A stretch of 32,000 bases of DNA from Cyanothece sp. BG0011. GTDB lineage: Bacteria > Cyanobacteriota > Cyanobacteriia > Cyanobacteriales > Microcystaceae. The position numbers were made by a program, and so were the translations under genes. The notes beneath the pieces are model-generated. The model saw only the letters and a program-made list of their open reading frames with translations. It searched no databases and had not been told where the DNA came from. Below are positions 7,979-16,716 of the stretch, piece by piece (positions within the stretch are counted from its first letter, which is position 1; each line of letters starts with the position of its first letter). The stretch covers positions 2,301-34,300 of the forward strand of contig NZ_PRLH01000189.1 of NCBI RefSeq assembly GCF_003013815.1. The letters are read 5' to 3'.

Positions 7979-8953
7979 ATGACAAAGCAAATTACCTATA
8001 GTCCAGCTTATACCCTAGTCCCGACCTATGAATGTTTTAATCGTTGTACCTATTGTAATTTTCGGGTCGACCCTTATCAAGATGATTGGTTAACTTTGGA
8101 AAAAAGTCAAACTATTTTGCAAAAACTGCAAAATGAATGGGTTTGCGAAATTTTAATTTTAAGTGGTGAAGTTCATCCCCAGTCCCCTAGAAGAAAAGCT
8201 TGGTTTCAAAACATTTATAATCTTTGTAAATTAGCCTTATCGATGGGTTTTTTACCCCATACTAACGTAGGCATTTTAAGTTTTGCTGAAATGGAAACCC
8301 TGAAAACCGTTAATCCGTCTATGGGTTTAATGCTTGAACAAATTACCCCAAACCTTCTCAAAACCGTCCATCATTCTGCACCGAGTAAATTACCTTCATT
8401 AAGGTTACAACAATTAGAATGGGCAGGGCAATTAAAAATTCCTTTTACCACTGGTATTCTCTTAGGAATTGGAGAGACAGAAGCGGAATCTTGGCAAACC
8501 TTAGAAGCGATCGCTAGGATTCACCAACAATGGAACCATATTCAAGAAGTTATTTTACAACCTCATTGTATAGGGAGCAAGCAACAGTTAGATGGTTCTA
8601 CCTTCCCCATTGATCAATTACCGAAAATAGTAGCTAAAGCGAGAGATATTTTACCCGATTCTATTACCCTACAAATTCCCCCTAATTTAATCACAGATCC
8701 TCAATGTTTGTTAGACTGTTTAGAAGCAGGGGCGAGAGATTTAGGGGGAATCAGCCCGAAAGATGAGGTAAACCCAGACTATCCCCATTTTTCCCACCAA
8801 GGGTTAGTTGAGTTATTAGGGTCTCAAGGATGGCAATTAGTTCCTCGTCTTCCTGTCTATCCCCGTTACTATGATTGGTTATCCTCATCCCTACAAAATG
8901 CCATAACTTGCTGGGAAAATTCTCCTCAATTTCATCCTTTGTTGTCAATTTAA
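7979..8953 (+). CDS. cofG: radical-SAM 7,8-didemethyl-8-hydroxy-5-deazariboflavin (FO) synthase subunit CofG
   Basis: 324 aa with an N-terminal CxxxCxYCNF radical-SAM motif (CFNRCTYCNF). Length and overall pattern fit CofG. Confidence 0.72.
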   Translation: MTKQITYSPAYTLVPTYECFNRCTYCNFRVDPYQDDWLTLEKSQTILQKLQNEWVCEILILSGEVHPQSPRRKAWFQNIYNLCKLALSMGFLPHTNVGILSFAEMETLKTVNPSMGLMLEQITPNLLKTVHHSAPSKLPSLRLQQLEWAGQLKIPFTTGILLGIGETEAESWQTLEAIARIHQQWNHIQEVILQPHCIGSKQQLDGSTFPIDQLPKIVAKARDILPDSITLQIPPNLITDPQCLLDCLEAGARDLGGISPKDEVNPDYPHFSHQGLVELLGSQGWQLVPRLPVYPRYYDWLSSSLQNAITCWENSPQFHPLLSI

Positions 8954-9010
8954 TTGGTACTTGCTAGAATCTGACTAAAATATAAAATAAAATAAATAGG
9001 TGTTTGCTTC

Positions 9011-9406
9011 ATGTTAAATCAAGTGACTTTTCAAAGTTATGTTTCTCTGTTAGGTCGATTATTTTTGTCAGCAATTTTTATCAAATCTGGTGTTAGTAAA
9101 CTATTATCTCCTGCACAAACTCAAGCTTATATGGCCTCAAAAGGAATTCCCTTAACTGAAGTCTTACTATGGGCAACTATTTTAGTTTTAATTGTTGGCG
9201 GTATATCGGTTTTATTGGGATATAAATCTAAAATAGGTGCTGGTTTGTTAATTGGATTTTTAATTCCTGCTACTTTAATTTTTCATGGAACATTTCCAGA
9301 AGAAGAAATCGCTTTTTTCAAGAATTTAGGCTTAATGGGAGGATTATTAATGGTGCTTGCATTTGGGTCAGGTAAATTTAGTTTAGAACACTATCTAAAA
9401 TCGTAA
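9011..9406 (+). CDS. DoxX-family membrane protein
   Basis: 131 aa with four TM helices and a LGRLFLSAIFIKSGVSKL N-terminus typical of DoxX. Confidence 0.75.
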   Translation: MLNQVTFQSYVSLLGRLFLSAIFIKSGVSKLLSPAQTQAYMASKGIPLTEVLLWATILVLIVGGISVLLGYKSKIGAGLLIGFLIPATLIFHGTFPEEEIAFFKNLGLMGGLLMVLAFGSGKFSLEHYLKS

Positions 9407-9421
9407 TTCATCTATTTTATA

Positions 9422-9443
9422 GGGGCAATTTCTTAATTGTCCC
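9422..9443 (+). terminator. stem-loop after the DoxX gene
   Basis: ggggcaatt-tctt-aattgtccc forms a 9-bp stem with one G:U pair. The T-tract is weak. Confidence 0.35.
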
Positions 9444-9538
9444 TTAACTATATCAAACTTATCTATTTTAATGACCCCCTAACAATTGACAGATTTTAGT
9501 TAAAATTCAGAGTAGTAACTAACTAATTTGAAAAAATA

Positions 9539-10645
9539 ATGACCAATTTAAACACATTATTCACTCCTTGTCAACTCGGTAAGATTACGTTAGAAAATCG
9601 AGTGGTTATGGCACCTTTAACCCGTTCGAGGGCCGGAGAAGAAAGAATGCCTAATGACCTCATGAAAGAGTATTATAGACAAAGAAAATCAGCCGGATTA
9701 ATTATTAGTGAAGCGACGGTTATCTCCCGACAAGCTTGTGGTTGGTTGCATAGTCCCGGTATTTATTCAGACGAACAAATGGAAGCTTGGAAACCCATCA
9801 CCCAAGCACTTCATGAAACAGAAACTCCTATTTTTTTACAACTTTGGCACTGTGGAAGAGCATCCCATAGTAGCTTTCAAGAAAACAATCAATTACCGGT
9901 TTCTGCATCAGCCGTTAAACTAAACGAAGACTATATTCATACTCCTATCGGTAAGCAACCCTACGAAACCCCTCGTCCCTTAGAAACCGAAGAAATACCC
10001 CGTATTGTCGAAGATTATCGCTTAGCTGCTGAAAGGGCAAAAAACGCTGGTTTTGATGGGGTTGAAATTCATTCAGCCAATGGTTATTTAATCGACCAAT
10101 TTTTACAATCAAAAACCAATCATCGCACCGATAAATATGGTGGAAGTATTGAAAATCGCTATCGTTTTTTAAAAGAAATTGTTGAAGCAGTTTTAACCGT
10201 TTTTCCTGCTAATCAAATCGGGGTAAAATTATCCCCTAATGGAAATTTTAATGATATGGGTTCCCCTGAATATCGAGAATTATTTACCTATGTAGCTAAA
10301 CAATTAAATCATTATAATTTAGCTTATCTTCATATAGTAGATGGGTTAGAATTTGGATTTCATAACCTAGGAGAACCCATGACCTTAACCGAGTTTCGTC
10401 AGGTATTTGATGGGGTATTAATGGGAAATTGTGGTTATACGAAAAAAAGTGCAGAAGCAGTCATAAAAGCTGGAAATGCTGATTTAATTGCCTTTGGACG
10501 ACCCTTTATTAGTAACCCTGATTTAGTAGAAAGATTCGCCAATAACTGGCCTTTAAATCCCCCTGCGGATATGAAAGATTGGTATTCTTTCGACCCAGAA
10601 GGTTATATTGATTTTCCGACTTATCAAGAGATGAAGAATGGTTAA
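9539..10645 (+). CDS. Old Yellow Enzyme family NADH:flavin oxidoreductase / alkene reductase
   Basis: 368 aa with motifs RVVMAPLTRSRA, LWHCGRASH and GVEIHSANGYLIDQFL, diagnostic of the OYE/NemA family. Confidence 0.9.
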   Translation: MTNLNTLFTPCQLGKITLENRVVMAPLTRSRAGEERMPNDLMKEYYRQRKSAGLIISEATVISRQACGWLHSPGIYSDEQMEAWKPITQALHETETPIFLQLWHCGRASHSSFQENNQLPVSASAVKLNEDYIHTPIGKQPYETPRPLETEEIPRIVEDYRLAAERAKNAGFDGVEIHSANGYLIDQFLQSKTNHRTDKYGGSIENRYRFLKEIVEAVLTVFPANQIGVKLSPNGNFNDMGSPEYRELFTYVAKQLNHYNLAYLHIVDGLEFGFHNLGEPMTLTEFRQVFDGVLMGNCGYTKKSAEAVIKAGNADLIAFGRPFISNPDLVERFANNWPLNPPADMKDWYSFDPEGYIDFPTYQEMKNG

Positions 10646-10691
10646 TTAAAGTCTTTTTGATACTGAGCAATGAGCTAACATAGATACTTTT

Positions 10692-10717
10692 TAGAGACAA
10701 CTCATGGGTTGTCTCTA
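10692..10717 (+). terminator. perfect 10-bp stem-loop downstream of the OYE gene
   Basis: tagagacaac-tcatgg-gttgtctcta, followed by gatttgtt. Confidence 0.45.
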
Positions 10718-10797
10718 GATTTGTTAACTTAGGTTTATCTCTAAGGATTAAATACGCTAAAATTAAAGCGGCTAAATTTAGACGATGAAGCTTTTTA

Positions 10798-11382
10798 ATG
10801 TTTAATTTTTTATCACCTTCAAGCAATCCCCAACACCTAGCACGCTCTTTTCTCTGGTTAGGTAGAATCGGTCTCATTTTGCAAATGATACTAGGATTTA
10901 TTCCCTTGTTAGTAGTCGTTGCTTATGTTTTATCTCAATCAGCACCAAGAGCAACAGGAGGCTTTTCCTTTGGATTATGGCTGGCTATTGCTTCTTTAAT
11001 TATACTAATATTTAGTATTTATTGGTGTTTTCGTTATACTCAAATCGCCAAAAAATTGAGAAAAGTAGAAACAAGACCCTCTAAATCTCAGGTCATTCGG
11101 AATTTACAATTAGGATTATTAGCTAATATTGTAATTTTAATTATTACAGTTATTATTGCCCTAGTTAGGGTCGGAGAGTTAACCTTTAAATTGTTAACTA
11201 TACCCCAAGGTGCCACAGTAATTGCTCCTAATCAAATTAGCCCAACCTTAGCCACTCGAGGAGCCTTAATTACCCCATCCAATATGATTGCAATTCAAGC
11301 AATGCTTAATGTCATTGCCGCGGGTTTAATCGGGGTTATTATTGCTTTATTATTGATCTATCAAGTGGGAAAACAACCCTAA
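10798..11382 (+). CDS. four-TM membrane protein, DUF3611-like
   Basis: 194 aa with four long hydrophobic helices. The N-terminal LWLGRIGLILQMILGFIPLL pattern is recalled from cyanobacterial DUF3611 proteins. The start codon choice is uncertain. Confidence 0.45.
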   Translation: MFNFLSPSSNPQHLARSFLWLGRIGLILQMILGFIPLLVVVAYVLSQSAPRATGGFSFGLWLAIASLIILIFSIYWCFRYTQIAKKLRKVETRPSKSQVIRNLQLGLLANIVILIITVIIALVRVGELTFKLLTIPQGATVIAPNQISPTLATRGALITPSNMIAIQAMLNVIAAGLIGVIIALLLIYQVGKQP

Positions 11383-11506
11383 TAAGTAACATTGAAAAAA
11401 TCATAATGTTAAGTCTCATTACAAAAATAGCTTTAGGGCTTGCAAAAGGTTAAGGGGATTCAGGTAAGATACTGTAAGTAAACTTAATGGCTAAATTTTA
11501 ATTATA

Positions 11507-11836
11507 ATGGGTCTCAAAATAATTGAAAACTTTGATGCTAACTTTACCCTCGCCCCAGAAGCTAAAGAAACCCTATTTAATTTATTAAATCATCAAGACT
11601 TTCTTAAACAAATTTCTCAACAACTATCAAATAGGGAAATATCTATCCAATTTACTGAATTAATATTTCAACCCGTTCCTTACAGTAGCCAAACCCCCAA
11701 AGGAATGCCCATAGAATTTGAGAAATATCACCATTCTGATGAACATATTATTATTAATGTTCCCCCTAATTTTATGTTCAAAGCCAAAATCTTTAAACCG
11801 AGTCGTCTTTGTGCTATTTACCACCTCATTAAATAA
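11507..11836 (+). CDS. hypothetical protein
   Basis: 109-aa ORF with no competing ORF. I recognise no motif in it. Confidence 0.4.
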   Translation: MGLKIIENFDANFTLAPEAKETLFNLLNHQDFLKQISQQLSNREISIQFTELIFQPVPYSSQTPKGMPIEFEKYHHSDEHIIINVPPNFMFKAKIFKPSRLCAIYHLIK

Positions 11837-11879
11837 TATGGCTCGTCCTTAACTTCATTCTTTTCTTGAAAATTACCTT

Positions 11880-12419
11880 ATGATTACTAACACTCACCTA
11901 CCTAGTTTAAACAGTTTAGATTATCTACCCTACTTAGACGAAAATGGGATAATTGCCGAAAACTTACACAAAAAAATTGGAGTTTATGCCATTTTTGACA
12001 AAAATAAACAATTAAAATTTATTGGTTATTCCCGTGATATTTATGCCAGTTTGAAACAGCATTTGGTAAGGCAACCGAAACAATGTTATTGGCTCAAAGT
12101 TGAAATTATTGAACGTCCTAGTCGCACTATTTTAGAAGAAATAAAAAATAATTGGACAGAAGAAAATGGAGATTTATCTATCAATGAGGAAAGTTATCAA
12201 AACTTATGGACACAACCTATTGATGCTAAAGTTTACATGACAGGAGAAGACAAAGAAACTTATCAAAATAGTGATGAATTAGGACAAATTAAACTACTCA
12301 AAAAAGTATCAAGACGAGTTCAAGCAGACATTGAAGAAACCTTAAAGCAACGAGGAAATCAAACAGAAATTCGCTTTAACCCTAAACTAAAAGAACAAGG
12401 ATTATTAGATTTAAAATAA
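11880..12419 (+). CDS. GIY-YIG-like domain protein
   Basis: 179 aa. The N-terminal segment GVYAIFDKNKQLKFIGYSRDIYASLKQH fits the spacing of GIY-x10-YIG plus a conserved Arg. The C-terminal half is unassigned. Confidence 0.5.
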   Translation: MITNTHLPSLNSLDYLPYLDENGIIAENLHKKIGVYAIFDKNKQLKFIGYSRDIYASLKQHLVRQPKQCYWLKVEIIERPSRTILEEIKNNWTEENGDLSINEESYQNLWTQPIDAKVYMTGEDKETYQNSDELGQIKLLKKVSRRVQADIEETLKQRGNQTEIRFNPKLKEQGLLDLK

Positions 12420-12430
12420 AATTGATCACG

Positions 12431-12452
12431 GGTCACTGATAACTGATCACTA
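12431..12452 (-). repeat. copy of a 22-nt dispersed repeat (tagtgatcagttatcagtgacc on the minus strand)
   Basis: Matches 14381-14402 at 19 of 22 positions in the opposite orientation. It lies just after the stop of the GIY-YIG-like gene. Confidence 0.6.
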
Positions 12453-12509
12453 AAGAAATGTTGTACATTAAAAAGTGAAGTTACTTTAATCATCAAGGAG
12501 CAACCCGTA

Positions 12510-13019
12510 ATGACTTGGCGTGGTTCAGTCAGTATTCCCGATCGCATTTTTGGCACGTTAGTTTATTGCTTTGCCATTTTTGACACAATGTTTTTTGGCA
12601 GTTTTCTGTTACAACAGTTTCCCGTGTTCAACTTTCTGTTAATTCCAGCCTTACCCGTGGGACTCACCTATAGTTTATTAGGGACACTCCTTGGACCATT
12701 AGGGCGTTTTGGTAGTTTTCTCGTCTTTATTCTTCTGTTTGCCTTAGTGGTCCGCAACGATCGCATTAGCCATTTTATCCGTTATAACGCCATGCAATCC
12801 ATTCTCATTGGCATTTTATTGGCCTTAGCCGGCATTGTCATGCAGTATGTTTTAATTCCGGCCTTGGGACGCAGTGGCCTTCTAATTGAAACCCTCTATA
12901 ATGTGCTATTTTTAGGGGGTCTAGGCGCCTCTTACTTCTCCATTATTCAATCAGCCTTAGGACGCTACGCAGAAATTCCTACGATTTCTGAGGCCGCTTA
13001 TGCTCAGGTTCGCTGGTAG
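12510..13019 (+). CDS. Tic20-family membrane protein (Ycf60-like)
   Basis: 169 aa with four TM helices and the signature DRIFGTLVY...IRYNAMQSILIGILL typical of Tic20 homologues. Confidence 0.75.
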   Translation: MTWRGSVSIPDRIFGTLVYCFAIFDTMFFGSFLLQQFPVFNFLLIPALPVGLTYSLLGTLLGPLGRFGSFLVFILLFALVVRNDRISHFIRYNAMQSILIGILLALAGIVMQYVLIPALGRSGLLIETLYNVLFLGGLGASYFSIIQSALGRYAEIPTISEAAYAQVRW

Positions 13020-13806
13020 AAACCTGAGAAGGTGGCGCACTGATGACAGGGTTTTCAATACTACCAATCCCCTCAATTTCGACCCGAACGCGATCGCCCA
13101 CATTGAGGGGTCCCACACCTTCTGGGGTTCCTGTGAGGATAACATCCCCTGGAAACAAAGTCATAATTTGAGAAATATAAGAAACGATGGCTTGAGGAGA
13201 GAAAACCATATCCTGAACCAAAGCAGACTGTCGGGGTTCAGTCTCATTATTAACAAAGGTTTGAATGGCTGCGGCCGTACTTAATTCGCGGATTACCCAA
13301 GGACCAAGGGGACAAAAAGTATCAAATCCCTTTGCCCGAACCCATTGATTATCCTTTCTCTGAAAATCGCGGGCAGTAATATCATTAGCAATGGTATAAC
13401 CCCAAATTTTACTACGGGCTTCTTGCTCAGAACAATTTTTAGTCACTTCAGCGATCACTAAAGCCAATTCTCCCTCATAATCAACCTGTTGAGACTGGGG
13501 GGGATAATAAATCGGTTGACCTTCTCCGATCAGGGTTGAAGGGGGTTTAAGAAACAATAACGGTTCTGTGGGAACCGTATTACCCAACTCCTCGGCGTGG
13601 GCCTTATAGTTTCTGCCCACGGCAATAATTTTAGAGGGAAAACAAGGGGCTAAAAATTCATAACTATCAGCCTTTAAGACAACGCCACTGGGTTGTCCCC
13701 CATCCCAAGGAGCAGCGTCAAACACAGCCACACTGCGATTTAGATTAAGTGAGCCATAATGGATGTTTTCTTGAGTTGTTTTTACTCGAACGTAGCGTTG
13801 CGGCAT
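12979..13806 (-). CDS. fumarylacetoacetate hydrolase (FAH) family protein
   Basis: 275 aa with motifs GRNYKAHAEE, VDYEGELALVI, ANDITARD and GDVILTGTPEGVG. Confidence 0.9.
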   Translation of the reverse strand: MPQRYVRVKTTQENIHYGSLNLNRSVAVFDAAPWDGGQPSGVVLKADSYEFLAPCFPSKIIAVGRNYKAHAEELGNTVPTEPLLFLKPPSTLIGEGQPIYYPPQSQQVDYEGELALVIAEVTKNCSEQEARSKIWGYTIANDITARDFQRKDNQWVRAKGFDTFCPLGPWVIRELSTAAAIQTFVNNETEPRQSALVQDMVFSPQAIVSYISQIMTLFPGDVILTGTPEGVGPLNVGDRVRVEIEGIGSIENPVISAPPSQVSTSEPEHKRPQKS

Positions 13807-14015
13807 AAACTTGAGCAGTCAGTTAGGTTAGAAATAGACTAATCAGCTATTCAATATGGTAGCTATTAGTCATAGAGTCGTAGTATGATTTTAAGGTAAT
13901 CTGTCTCAAAAAGGAGACATTTTTTCATTTGATTAGTTTCGAGTGATCCTTGCTTCTTGATCTCAAGACCATGAGCTAATCACGAAGCCAACTTGTCCAT
14001 AAGGAGTTTAAACCC

Positions 14016-14372
14016 ATGAGTCAACATTACGAAATGATTTTTATCTTGCGTCCTGACCTATCAGAAGAGCAAGTTAATCAAGCAGTGAGCAAATATCAGG
14101 ACTTTTTAACTGAAAATAACGCCACAGACCTACAAACGAAAATTTGGGGCAAACGTCGTCTTGCCTATCCTATTCAAAAAAAGGTCGATGGCATTTATGT
14201 GCAGTTTAATTATCAAGCAGATGGAAGCCAAATTGCACCCCTAGAACGGATGATGCGGTTAGGAGAAGATGTGATGCGCTATCTGACCATCAAATTAGAT
14301 AACGTCTCCTCAGAAACCCCCGAAGACGAAGAAGAAGCCGCCTCTGAAGAACCGGTTGCCTCTGAAGCTTAA
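14016..14372 (+). CDS. rpsF: 30S ribosomal protein S6
   Basis: 118 aa. The segment [20 protein letters not shown]...[12 protein letters not shown] is classic bS6. It has an acidic C-terminal tail and an AAGGAG Shine-Dalgarno. Confidence 0.95.
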   Translation: MSQHYEMIFILRPDLSEEQVNQAVSKYQDFLTENNATDLQTKIWGKRRLAYPIQKKVDGIYVQFNYQADGSQIAPLERMMRLGEDVMRYLTIKLDNVSSETPEDEEEAASEEPVASEA

Positions 14373-14380
14373 AGAGTGAG

Positions 14381-14402
14381 CAGTGATCAGTGAGCAGTGA
14401 CC
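14381..14402 (+). repeat. copy of a 22-nt dispersed repeat (cagtgatcagtgagcagtgacc)
   Basis: Starts 9 nt after the rpsF stop. It contains the internal direct repeat gtgagcagtga x2 (first copy starts at 14375) and is related to 12431-12452 in inverted orientation. Confidence 0.6.
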
Positions 14403-14463
14403 ACTTACTGATCTTCTTTTTCGGTAAACTACAAGGGAGTTACCAAACAAAGGATAAAAATCG

Positions 14464-15519
14464 GTGAAAACTCGATTAGCTATTTTAGGGGTGGGACGTT
14501 GGGGAACCCACCTAGTCCGCAATTTTTTAGCCCATCCTCAAGCAGAAGTGGTGGCGATCGCTGATCCGGTTGCTGATAATTTAACGAGAATTCAAGAAAA
14601 GTTTTCCCTAGATCCCCAATCTATTTTATTAACCTCGGATTGGTCAACCATTAAACAACAAGTAGACTTAGAGGCCATCGTCGTCGTCACCCCGGCCTCA
14701 ACCCATTATCCTCTGATTAAAGAGGCGTTATCATCGGGATATCATGTCTTAGCCGAAAAACCATTAACCCTTGATCCGGGGGAATGTTTAGAATTAACTC
14801 GTTTAGCCACAGCGCAAAAACGACAATTGATGATCGATCATACCTATTTATTCCATGCGGCTGTCAATCAGGGTAAATCGACGGTAGAAGCAGGAAGTTT
14901 AGGAAAATTACGTTATGGTTATGCCAGTCGCACCCATTTAGGGCCAGTCCGTCAAGATGTGGACGCGCTCTGGGATTTAGCCATTCACGATCTTAGTATT
15001 TTTAACCACTGGTTAGGGGAATATCCGAACCAAGTACAAGCACAAGGAACCATTTGGTTACAAAGCGATCGCCGCACTCCTTTATCCCCAGACGGGTTAG
15101 GGGACATGGTTTGGGTAAGGTTGTCTTATCCGAGTGGATTTCAAGCCACCATTCATCTATGCTGGTGTAATCCTGATAAACAGCGTCGCCTCTGTGTGGT
15201 GGGCAGTGAAGGGACGTTAATTTTTGATGAAATGTCTCAGAATGAACCCCTCGTTTTACAACAGGGTTATCTACAACCTCAAGGGGAAAAATGGATTCCC
15301 CAAGGACAAAATAAACAGGTGATTGCGGTGGCCAAAGCAGAACCCCTCAAAGTAGTCTGCGATCGCTTTTTAGATAGTATTCGCACGAATCAGCCTTGTG
15401 AGATATCTTCGGGAATAGTGGCCACTAAATTAGTGCAAATTTTAACCGCTTTAAGTCATTCCCTCGAACAAAAGGGCGCGACCATTTCGATTCCCCCTTT
15501 AGACCCCGTCTCTCGTTAA
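14464..15519 (+). CDS. Gfo/Idh/MocA family NAD(P)-dependent oxidoreductase
   Basis: 351 aa with a GTG start. It has an N-terminal Rossmann motif (LAILGVGRWG) and an EKPL motif (VLAEKPLTL). Confidence 0.85.
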   Translation: MKTRLAILGVGRWGTHLVRNFLAHPQAEVVAIADPVADNLTRIQEKFSLDPQSILLTSDWSTIKQQVDLEAIVVVTPASTHYPLIKEALSSGYHVLAEKPLTLDPGECLELTRLATAQKRQLMIDHTYLFHAAVNQGKSTVEAGSLGKLRYGYASRTHLGPVRQDVDALWDLAIHDLSIFNHWLGEYPNQVQAQGTIWLQSDRRTPLSPDGLGDMVWVRLSYPSGFQATIHLCWCNPDKQRRLCVVGSEGTLIFDEMSQNEPLVLQQGYLQPQGEKWIPQGQNKQVIAVAKAEPLKVVCDRFLDSIRTNQPCEISSGIVATKLVQILTALSHSLEQKGATISIPPLDPVSR

Positions 15520-16400
15520 CTTTCATTGTCAGGCATAGGTCTCCGTTTCGTTTCCGGTAAGCTAGGATAAGGGCGGTAGGGCATGGGAATATACTGTACA
15601 GAAGGTCTTCCCCCGGACGGTTGGGGATACAATTCCATCAAGTGGTAAATCTCTTTGGGCAATCCCACGGTGATAGGTAAACCAATCTGACTGGCCTGCT
15701 CAACAGAAATCGGACAATCATGGGTAATTTTTCCTGTGGTCAACAGATCAATAATCCCTTCAATCTTCTCAGGAGCGATTTTAGGCTCTGGAATATCGTC
15801 TTTAAGGAGCGTCCTGACAAAGGTTTGCACTTGGTTGATGGCTTTTAAGGCCAAATCTCCCATAATTAACGTCTGATCATCGATTTTATCGATAGGTTTA
15901 CGTTGTATAACGTTTAAAATACTGGCGGCTGCCATATTACCCAATTGGGGATCAACCGGACCTAAGACGGCGTTAGCATCCATAATAATTTCATCCGCTG
16001 CCAAAGCCAACATAGTCCCCCCACTCATGGCATAGTGAGGAACAAAAACAGTGACTTTAGAAGGATGACGAATTAAGGCTCTGGCGATTTGTTCTGTCGC
16101 TAAGACTAATCCCCCAGGGGTGTGTAAAATGAGGTCAATGGGTGTATCGGCGGGGGTGAGACGGATGGCTCGCAATACTTGTTCTGAATCTTCGATGGAA
16201 ATATAACGAGATAGGGGAATTCCCAGTAAACTGAGGGATTCTTGACGATGAATCAATAAAATGACTCGACTTTTACGATTCTTTTCAAATTCTCTAATGG
16301 CTTCTATCCTTCGCCCTTCGATGCGACGGCGTTGGATCACAGGTTGTAAAGAGGAAATCACCAGGAAGATCCAAAAAAAATCGAAAAAATTAAAATTCAT
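15516..16400 (-). CDS. SDH-family (Clp-fold) membrane-anchored serine proteinase
   Basis: Motifs LILHTPGGLVLATEQIA...HYAMSGGTMLALAADEI. The tracked 309-aa ORF begins at a TTG (16445). The first ATG (16400, MNFNFFDFFWIF...) starts directly at the TM anchor and is preferred here. Confidence 0.8.
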   Translation of the reverse strand: MNFNFFDFFWIFLVISSLQPVIQRRRIEGRRIEAIREFEKNRKSRVILLIHRQESLSLLGIPLSRYISIEDSEQVLRAIRLTPADTPIDLILHTPGGLVLATEQIARALIRHPSKVTVFVPHYAMSGGTMLALAADEIIMDANAVLGPVDPQLGNMAAASILNVIQRKPIDKIDDQTLIMGDLALKAINQVQTFVRTLLKDDIPEPKIAPEKIEGIIDLLTTGKITHDCPISVEQASQIGLPITVGLPKEIYHLMELYPQPSGGRPSVQYIPMPYRPYPSLPETKRRPMPDNES

Positions 16401-16656
16401 ACTATGATTAAGGGTTAAATTCTTATGAGTAAAGTCTAACCCCAATCTTATTGTGGATCATCCCTCTTTTTTCAGATTTGCTTTTACTAACAATAATACA
16501 TTAAAACTTAATTAAATTTATCCTTTGAATTGTTAACTTAAGTAAACTCATTATTAACTGAATCAAAAGATTAGGAAAAGTTCCTAAAAATCCATGCACA
16601 AATCAGAAACCCTTGAGTAGAATCTGACTAGCTCTGCTTTTAAAGAGACAAAATTT

Positions 16657-16700
16657 TGTAGCAAAGTCAACACTTTGTTAACAACAAAATGTGTTAAATA
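16657..16700 (+). promoter_or_regulatory. possible NtcA/CRP-type activated promoter upstream of ctaA
   Basis: TGTA-N8-AACA (16657-16672) followed 22 nt later by TAAATA (16695-16700). The right half-site deviates from the TACA consensus. Confidence 0.25.
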
Positions 16701-16716
16701 AAGTAATTAGGATGCT

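Noticed and set aside
7979-8953. cofG without an adjacent cofH, considered as an anomaly
   Set aside because: As far as I recall, the two FO-synthase subunits are commonly encoded at separate loci in cyanobacteria, so an isolated cofG is not unusual.
10509-10877. 122-aa minus-strand ORF spanning the OYE 3' end, a hairpin and the start of the DUF3611-like gene
   Set aside because: It overlaps two better-supported plus-strand genes and an intergenic terminator-like hairpin, and I recognise no motif in it.
11406-11453. 15-codon ORF (MLSLITKIALGLAKG) in the spacer after the DUF3611-like gene
   Set aside because: It has no Shine-Dalgarno sequence, its conservation cannot be assessed here, and it is too short to support.
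13807-14015. S6/S18-type autoregulatory leader or small RNA upstream of rpsF (small hairpin tgtctc-aaaaag-gagaca plus T-run at 13902-13926)
   Set aside because: The stem is only 6 bp, and I cannot verify the known rpsF-leader consensus by eye. It lies in a divergent promoter region where short hairpins are common.
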